Assembly: GCA_038874075.1 (NCBI GenBank)
Contig: JAVZDD010000006.1
Location: 1,790-33,789 of the forward strand
DNA: 32,000 nucleotides
Reading direction: 5' to 3'
Origin: Candidatus Nanoarchaeia archaeon
GTDB lineage: Archaea; Nanobdellota; Nanobdellia; Jingweiarchaeales; Jingweiarchaeaceae
The notes under the pieces are model-generated. The model searched no databases and was not told the origin of the DNA. It saw nothing but the letters and a program-made list of their open reading frames with translations. The translations under genes and the position numbers were made by a program. Positions 26,218 through 32,000 of this stretch are shown in pieces (the first letter of the stretch is position 1; every line of letters starts with the position of its first letter).

Positions 26218-26497
26218 CTGTAAGATCATCGTAGATGACGGCAACGTGACGAACAGCTTTGACTTGGTTGTAAATAAAGGTAAGACTGCAATTGAAGCAT
26301 TAGAAATAGTGATGGATGTTGATGTGAACCAGACTAGTTTTGGCCCATTTATTACTTGTATTAATCATATTTGTGGTAGTAATGAAGAAAGGACATATTG
26401 GGCTTTCTATATCAACGGAGAATACGCGATGGAAGGAGCAGGAAGTTACAAAGTAAAGCAAGGAGATGTTCTTAGTTTTAATCTTACAAAATATTGA
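26102..26497 (+). CDS. membrane-anchored DUF4430-domain protein (transcobalamin-like beta domain)
   Basis: IIVDDGNVT..VVNKGKTAIEALE..FGPFITCINHICG..YWAFYINGEYAMEGAGSYKVKQGDVLSFNL fits the DUF4430 pattern. Starting at the TTG at 26102 gives MKTKYLPYFLSIVVITILFLIFGG, a classic signal anchor. There is no in-frame ATG before the domain (first ATG at codon 101, inside it; alternative starts TTG 26042/26063/26129, GTG 26138). Confidence 0.6.
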   Translation: MKTKYLPYFLSIVVITILFLIFGGEHTGKTIVIGERQINCKIIVDDGNVTNSFDLVVNKGKTAIEALEIVMDVDVNQTSFGPFITCINHICGSNEERTYWAFYINGEYAMEGAGSYKVKQGDVLSFNLTKY

Positions 26498-26500
26498 TAA

Positions 26501-27694
26501 TTATTTCAGATACCAAAGCATTGTTGGAATAATCAAACAACCCATACAATTTGTCCTCTTTATCTTTGTTTTTATTGTGATATATCCAATTGTTGTTGAG
26601 GCAATTAAAATTAATAATCCAATATAAGAGCTAAAAATAAAAACAAGAAGACATACAAAAACAAGTGAAAAAATCGTGAGTTTCCTGTAATTTATTTTGT
26701 TGATTTTATTACAGATTAAAGATGAAAGTTTTAAAGATATTATAAAGCACAGAATGGCTGATAGAACACAAGTGAAAAGCAAGATTAATAAAGAAACCAT
26801 ATCAAAAATAGGTATTTCTCTTAGTAATGTAAATGCGCCAATTCTTGCTTTTTTCAATGTGAAAAATGTAATCAATGAAGCAATGACATAGGAGGAAGTT
26901 ATACTTGAAACAGATAATAGATATTCCTCATTATTTTCTTTTTTTGAAATTTCATCTGACAATATAGATATCTGGGCTGGACTTAATGTTGGAATGAAGC
27001 CTAGAATGATTGATGTCAACGAACTGCTTGTAACAATGTTTAATGCTCTTCCTTTTTTGATGTTGATATTGAATTTTTTCTTTTGCTCCTTTATTTTAAC
27101 ACTATTCTTCATATTCAGGATGAGATTACTAATTCCAAAAAAACCAGTAAGTAGTGGAAACAATGGTTGATTGACATCAATCAAATTCAAGGAGATGAAA
27201 CCAAGTAAACCAGCGCATAGAAATACTAAGATTGCAAATGATTTTTTTCTTAAATCTTCTTCCTTAAGTATTAGATGTACAGAAACTAAAAATAGGAATA
27301 CAGGCACCAGCCCTCTTGCGTTGTAATAAATTATTGGTAAGATTTTGATGAAGATTGGAGATAAAATCGCAGATATTAATATTGAGAAGAGTGCGCCATA
27401 GCAACATATTTTCACGGCTTTCAGACCATAGCCTTCCAATACAAACCTATGCGCAGGCAAAACAGATAAAGAACTAATTTCATTTGGTATACCAATAAAT
27501 GTTGATCTTAAAAATTCAAAGAAGATAGAAGCAGTTACTGTGCTTATGATAAGAATGCCAATTTCTAAAGAATTAAAATAATTCATTAAAAAAGGAGCAA
27601 TTAGAACAAGCAAATTTGTGTGAAAGCCAGGGATAACTCCAAATATTATACCAAGGATTATGCCAATGAAAAATGCAACGAAACTAATTAACAT
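26501..27694 (-). CDS. TctA/DUF112-family-like integral membrane transporter (tentative)
   Basis: 397 aa with about 10-12 TM helices. The N-terminal GIILGIIFGVIPGFHTNLL resembles the GxxPG(L/F)HxN start of archaeal DUF112 proteins. Confidence 0.45.
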   Translation of the reverse strand: MLISFVAFFIGIILGIIFGVIPGFHTNLLVLIAPFLMNYFNSLEIGILIISTVTASIFFEFLRSTFIGIPNEISSLSVLPAHRFVLEGYGLKAVKICCYGALFSILISAILSPIFIKILPIIYYNARGLVPVFLFLVSVHLILKEEDLRKKSFAILVFLCAGLLGFISLNLIDVNQPLFPLLTGFFGISNLILNMKNSVKIKEQKKKFNINIKKGRALNIVTSSSLTSIILGFIPTLSPAQISILSDEISKKENNEEYLLSVSSITSSYVIASLITFFTLKKARIGAFTLLREIPIFDMVSLLILLFTCVLSAILCFIISLKLSSLICNKINKINYRKLTIFSLVFVCLLVFIFSSYIGLLILIASTTIGYITIKTKIKRTNCMGCLIIPTMLWYLK

Positions 27695-28349
27695 ATCTGC
27701 AGAACCTTTTTATTGGACACATTTCACACTTTGGCTTGGATGTTCTGCATATCTCTTTTCCGAATTCAACAAATAGAAAATTAACCAATTTTTTATCTTT
27801 TTCTTTGACAAGTGCTTCAATCTTTTCCTTTATTTTTTCGTAGCCATCTTTTTCATCTACAATACCCAGCCTTTTCGCCACAACAGCAACGTGAACATCA
27901 ACCGGTATCGTAGCAACACCATAACCAAAGCATAAAACACAATCAGCTGTTTTTTTACCAACACCAGGTAAATTGATCAATACTTCTCTTTCCCTTGGCA
28001 CTTTCCCATTATATCTCTCTTTCAATATCTTTGCAATCTCCTTTATCCTCTTCGCCTTTATTCGATAAAAACCAACAGGTCTTATCGTCTCCTCGATTTC
28101 CTTCACATCAGCATTTATAAAATCATCAATTTTCTTAAACTTTTTAAACAATTTTTTTGAAGCTTCATGTGTGATTTCATCCCTTGTCCTTTGTGAAAGT
28201 AAAGTTGTGAACAAAACATGTAATGGTTCATCTTTATATTTAACAACATGGTATCTTCTTTTGAGTATATGTATGACATCATCCAAAAAATTATTTGAAG
28301 GATTCTTCACCCCAACACACCGAACAGCTTGCTTTCTTTCTTTTTTCAA
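27684..28349 (-). CDS. nth: endonuclease III (HhH-GPD DNA glycosylase/AP lyase with 4Fe-4S cluster)
   Basis: LLSQRTRDE, HhH LPGVGKKTADCVL, catalytic VDVHV and the Fe-S loop CRTSKPKCEMCPIKRFC. There is no in-frame ATG near the N-terminus. Candidate starts are TTG 28349, GTG 28310 and TTG 28286. Confidence 0.85.
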   Translation of the reverse strand: MKKERKQAVRCVGVKNPSNNFLDDVIHILKRRYHVVKYKDEPLHVLFTTLLSQRTRDEITHEASKKLFKKFKKIDDFINADVKEIEETIRPVGFYRIKAKRIKEIAKILKERYNGKVPREREVLINLPGVGKKTADCVLCFGYGVATIPVDVHVAVVAKRLGIVDEKDGYEKIKEKIEALVKEKDKKLVNFLFVEFGKEICRTSKPKCEMCPIKRFCRYVN

Positions 28350-28833
28350 TCACATCAATAATCTCTTTAACTACTTCATCTATCTTTCTTTTGCTTGTGT
28401 CTATCTCATGCACTTTATGTCCATTCTTTAATGCTTCATAAGTGCATACACCAACTATCTCAGCTTCAACATTTTCTATTATTTTTTCTTTTTTGTATCC
28501 TTTACTTTCCAATCTTCTCTTCAATTCTCTTGGATTACACCTAAGTACAATACAAATTTCACAGAATTTTGGTTTTGCCACATGCGCAAAATGTGAATCC
28601 ACAATTACCTGCTTGTCTATTTTTTTTATGATGCTTTCTATGTCCTGCGCAAATCTTTCTTCATCGACAATCTTTATTTTTCTTTTTTTATCATAGCCAA
28701 TAACAACTTTTTTATCTATTTTAATTACATCATCAATACCCACAACAATTGCGTCTAATCTCTTCGCTAAAACCTTAGCAATCCTTGTTTTCCCAGTTCC
28801 AGGTGTCCCCGAAATCAATATTGCTTTTTTCAT
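28291..28833 (-). CDS. Fap7/adenylate kinase 6-like NTPase (small-subunit rRNA maturation factor homolog)
   Basis: P-loop ISGTPGTGKT, DSHFAH and VLRCNPRELKRRLESKGYKKEKIIENVEAEI match the Fap7/AK6 pattern. About 180 aa. Confidence 0.7.
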   Translation of the reverse strand: MKKAILISGTPGTGKTRIAKVLAKRLDAIVVGIDDVIKIDKKVVIGYDKKRKIKIVDEERFAQDIESIIKKIDKQVIVDSHFAHVAKPKFCEICIVLRCNPRELKRRLESKGYKKEKIIENVEAEIVGVCTYEALKNGHKVHEIDTSKRKIDEVVKEIIDVIEKRKKASCSVCWGEESFK

Positions 28834-29426
28834 AATTCAATTACAACTCCTTTTTTCCCCGCATTTATTACTTTTGTTTTCTTAACAAAATCTTCCTCTC
28901 CAGCATGCTCGTGTATATGACCACATATACAGATTTCCACATCAGCACTTTCGATGAAATCTCTAATGGATTTGCTTCCAGTGTGCATTCCAAGCAGATG
29001 ATCTAATTTTGTTTTATAAGGTGGGTTATGGGTGACGAGCACAATTTTATTTAAATTTAAAAAACTTGAAAGAAGCCTTTTAAATTCACTCTCACTAATT
29101 TCATAAGGTGTAAAAAAAGGCGTTGGGAGGGAGCCACCAATCCCAACAAAGTTGTAATTTCCAATTCTCTCACTTTTTCCATGTATGAATTTAAAATTAT
29201 ACTTCTTGCAAATTTCTAATAAAATTTCAGGTCTTTCACTATTGCCAGGTATGATGAAAATTTCCTTGTTTGCCTTAGCCAATTCCGCGCAACTTCTTTC
29301 TAGGCCAGTTCCGAATGTGCTGATATCACCTGCACAAACTAAGAAATCCACTTCATCCGCCCTTTCTATGAGCTTTCTAATTGCTTCCAAATCTTGATGT
29401 ACATCGGAAAAGGCAAGAAATTTCAT
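28830..29426 (-). CDS. metallophosphoesterase (YfcE/MJ0936-like)
   Basis: FSDVHQD, AGDISTFG, PGNSE, VTHNPP and CGHIHEHAG, in order. Confidence 0.75.
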   Translation of the reverse strand: MKFLAFSDVHQDLEAIRKLIERADEVDFLVCAGDISTFGTGLERSCAELAKANKEIFIIPGNSERPEILLEICKKYNFKFIHGKSERIGNYNFVGIGGSLPTPFFTPYEISESEFKRLLSSFLNLNKIVLVTHNPPYKTKLDHLLGMHTGSKSIRDFIESADVEICICGHIHEHAGEEDFVKKTKVINAGKKGVVIEL

Positions 29427-30967
29427 TTTGCTTCGACTCTTATACTCGCTTTGTACTTCTTTTCTAACTTTTTTATTCTTTTTCCCTTCCTTCCTACTAT
29501 ATTTGCAATCTGTTCCTTTGGTACAATGATCAACACATTACTACCATTTACTTCTATACTAGCAGTAGGTGCAATCTCACCAAGTTCTTCTTCTATCTTT
29601 TCTCTTAACCCGGCCTTTCTCCTTATTGGCACAACAACAGTTTCTTCTCCAAATGTGTACATCTCATATTCTAGTTGTTTTGTTAAAAAGTCCCTAATTT
29701 CAATTACAGGCCTTGATAGATCTCTCTCCCTCATTCCACTTGGCATCTTCACCGTCATCTTCAATTCGTACACCTTTGCAACATTTCCACCCTGCATGAA
29801 TATCACAGTATCAATAATACTTGGTATCATACCGAGTTCAACTCTCCTCACAAATCTTTGTATTGCATCAATTGCAGTCGATGCATGTATCACACCAATC
29901 ATACCAATTCCAGCTAATCGCATATCTGAATATAACTTAAAATCTGGATCATCTCTCATTTCATCAAATATTGTATAATCTGGTCTTGAGAGTAAGAGTA
30001 TGTCGTGTATCTCTTCACTCGTCCCCAATTGCTTTGAATACTGTGTGATCTCATCAGGTAAAATTAAGTCCCTAGGGCTTTCTACTGTTTTCACAATTTT
30101 CCCCTTTTTCTGATAAAATTCAGCCAAAGCTTGCGCCATTGTTGTTTTTCCATGACCAGGTGGCCCAGCAATTAATATTCCTTCTGCCTTTTCCTCAAAC
30201 CTTTTTATCAACTCCTTAGGTAAGTTATAATCCTCGATATTTAATTTCACCAAAGGTCTAGCTGCCGTTATCTCCCAACCATCAGAAAATGGAGGCCTCG
30301 TAATTATTATTCGATAATTCTTTAATTGAACGATTGTCGAACCTTTCCTATCAATCTCAACGAACCCTTTCTTATTCGTTCTCGCGAACTCAACAATTTC
30401 CTTTGCAATTTCCTCGATTTCCTCTTTTTTAAGTCGCTCATCACCAATTTTTACAAATTGCCAATTTCCAGGCTTACCTTTTTTTGCATATGGAAAAACA
30501 TTTTCTTTTAAGTGAACACTCATTGTTTCATTATCAAAAAACTTCTCAAGTTCCAACTTCTCTTTTTTTGGCCTTAATTCAATATAAATTGTTTCAACAC
30601 CCATTGCTCTTGCAGCTTCTGCTTGTACAAGATCACCAGTAATCAGACAGGCACTCTTCTCCACTGCCAGTTCGCGGATTAAAGCATCTATCTCGCCAGC
30701 CTTTGCATATTTTATTTCCATACTACTGGGTCTAACCCCAGTAAATTCTAATTCAATCTTTTTCTCATTAGCCAATTCTCTCAGTCTTCTTAACTCATCA
30801 AGACCAGCCAATCCGATTGGTTTTCCAAAATTTGCCTGATTCTCAAGTTCGGAGATCACTGCGTTGTGAATAATTATCCTACCTTTTATTTCACCCTTCA
30901 AAATCAAATCAGAAACAACTCTTTCTATGATTACACTGGTATCTGGCACATATAATTTTTTTTCCAT
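29423..30967 (-). CDS. PIN domain + PilT-like P-loop ATPase + C-terminal KH domain protein (COG1855-type)
   Basis: N-terminal YVPDTSVII..ITGDLVQ (PIN acidic residues), Walker A GPPGHGKTT, Walker B-like IFDEMRD and a C-terminal KH GxxG (IVGRKGKRIKKLE). Confidence 0.8.
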   Translation of the reverse strand: MEKKLYVPDTSVIIERVVSDLILKGEIKGRIIIHNAVISELENQANFGKPIGLAGLDELRRLRELANEKKIELEFTGVRPSSMEIKYAKAGEIDALIRELAVEKSACLITGDLVQAEAARAMGVETIYIELRPKKEKLELEKFFDNETMSVHLKENVFPYAKKGKPGNWQFVKIGDERLKKEEIEEIAKEIVEFARTNKKGFVEIDRKGSTIVQLKNYRIIITRPPFSDGWEITAARPLVKLNIEDYNLPKELIKRFEEKAEGILIAGPPGHGKTTMAQALAEFYQKKGKIVKTVESPRDLILPDEITQYSKQLGTSEEIHDILLLSRPDYTIFDEMRDDPDFKLYSDMRLAGIGMIGVIHASTAIDAIQRFVRRVELGMIPSIIDTVIFMQGGNVAKVYELKMTVKMPSGMRERDLSRPVIEIRDFLTKQLEYEMYTFGEETVVVPIRRKAGLREKIEEELGEIAPTASIEVNGSNVLIIVPKEQIANIVGRKGKRIKKLEKKYKASIRVEAK

Positions 30968-30996
30968 ATCAAATAAACAAATAAATCTAATTTAAA

Positions 30997-32000
30997 TTAC
31001 TTTGCTTTTATTACTTTTATTCCGTTCATATAAGGAACAAGCACATCTGGAATTTTTACAGAACCATCTTCTTGTTGGTAGATTTCTAATATTGCCATCA
31101 TCGTTCTACTCGTCGCGAGCGCAGTGTTGTTTAATGTGTGCACATAACCAGCAGGGGGTAAACCTTCTTTTTCCCTATACTTTATATTCAATCTTCTAGC
31201 TTGGTAATCAGTGCAATTTGAGTTCGAGCCAACTTCTCTATACTTTCCATCAACCATCCATACTTCTATATCATACTTTTTAGCCGCAATTGTACCAATG
31301 TCCCCAGAACAAACATTAACAACACGGTAAGGTAATTTAAGCGCTTTGTATAAATCTTCTGAATTTTTTTGCAATTCTTCATGAAGTTTCCACGAGTCGT
31401 TTGGATGACAAAATATGAATTGTTCCACCTTATTGAATTGATGCATCCTAAACAATCCCTTTGTATATTTTCCATGTGCTCCAACTTCCTTTCTAAAACA
31501 GGGGCTAACTCCAACGAGTTTTATTGGCAATTCTTTAGCATTTATTGTTTCATTCATAAACATTGCTGCTAACGGATGTTCAGCTGTTGCGATCAAATAC
31601 AAATCTTCTTTTTCAATCTTGTACATTACATTTTCAAAATCAGCTAAATCCACAACACCCTCATATGGTTTTCTTCTTATCATGAATGGCGGTTCAATTA
31701 ATATGTATCCTCTCTTCATTAAGAAATCGATTGCAAACCTAATGATTGCATAATCTAAAAGCACAAGCTCATTTTTAAAGTAATAGAAACCCTTCCCTGC
31801 CACTTTTGCAGCTCTTTCTTGGTCAATGATCCCAAGCCCCAATGCAATTTCCAAGTGGTTTTTTGGTTTGAAATTAAATTTTGGTATCGTTCCCCATCTT
31901 CTTATTTCAACATTATCATTCTCATCCTTACCAATCGGTACGGATTCATGCAAGATGTTGGGTAATTTGTATAATATCTCATCTATTCTGTTTTTATATT
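30997..32000 (-). CDS. serS: seryl-tRNA synthetase, C-terminal catalytic part (N-terminus lies beyond the window)
   Basis: LPNILHESVPIGKDENDNVE, motif 2 CFRKEVGAHGKYTKGLFRMHQFNKVE and motif 3 NNTALATSRTMMAILE. The frame stays open to position 32000 (..YKNRIDEILYKLPNIL). The M at 31953 in the ORF track is an internal Leu codon (TTG). Confidence 0.9.
   Translation of the reverse strand, partial: YKNRIDEILYKLPNILHESVPIGKDENDNVEIRRWGTIPKFNFKPKNHLEIALGLGIIDQERAAKVAGKGFYYFKNELVLLDYAIIRFAIDFLMKRGYILIEPPFMIRRKPYEGVVDLADFENVMYKIEKEDLYLIATAEHPLAAMFMNETINAKELPIKLVGVSPCFRKEVGAHGKYTKGLFRMHQFNKVEQFIFCHPNDSWKLHEELQKNSEDLYKALKLPYRVVNVCSGDIGTIAAKKYDIEVWMVDGKYREVGSNSNCTDYQARRLNIKYREKEGLPPAGYVHTLNNTALATSRTMMAILEIYQQEDGSVKIPDVLVPYMNGIKVIKAK

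Overview
This is a very gene-dense, AT-rich archaeal chromosomal segment with about 35 genes in 32 kb. Most gaps are under 60 bp and many start/stop codons overlap. Content is almost entirely informational and housekeeping: aCPSF1/FttA, proteasome beta, ProRS, MetRS, a SerRS fragment, tRNA-Ile(GAU), archaeal SAM synthetase, aRF1, aIF5A, RPA, Orc1/Cdc6, PolD DP1 and DP2, endonuclease III, Fap7-like kinase and a PIN-ATPase-KH protein. PolD, the compactness and the K/I/E/N-rich proteins suggest a small-genome, DPANN-like or euryarchaeal-type archaeon; that placement is inference only. TAA, TAG and TGA all end conserved genes, so the genetic code looks standard. I saw no transposases, integrases, CRISPR arrays, rRNA or inteins. 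The main non-genic signal is the only large non-coding gap (19074-19308). It holds ORB-like TTCCA-N3/4-GAAA repeats and an AT-rich stretch directly upstream of orc1/cdc6-DP1-DP2, so it is a likely oriC. Next to it is an unusual AT-hook plus winged-helix plus coiled-coil protein. Other leads: a carS-PHP-CDP-alcohol phosphatidyltransferase lipid head-group cassette with a candidate missing phosphatase; an S-component-like membrane protein overlapping out of frame with a TM-anchored DUF4430 protein; an HTH-CBS regulator divergent from SAM synthetase; a five-gene overlapping operon led by the PIN-ATPase-KH protein; and a UbiA-like protein with degenerate Asp motifs. All functional calls rest on motifs read by eye from the ORF translations. 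No database search was run.
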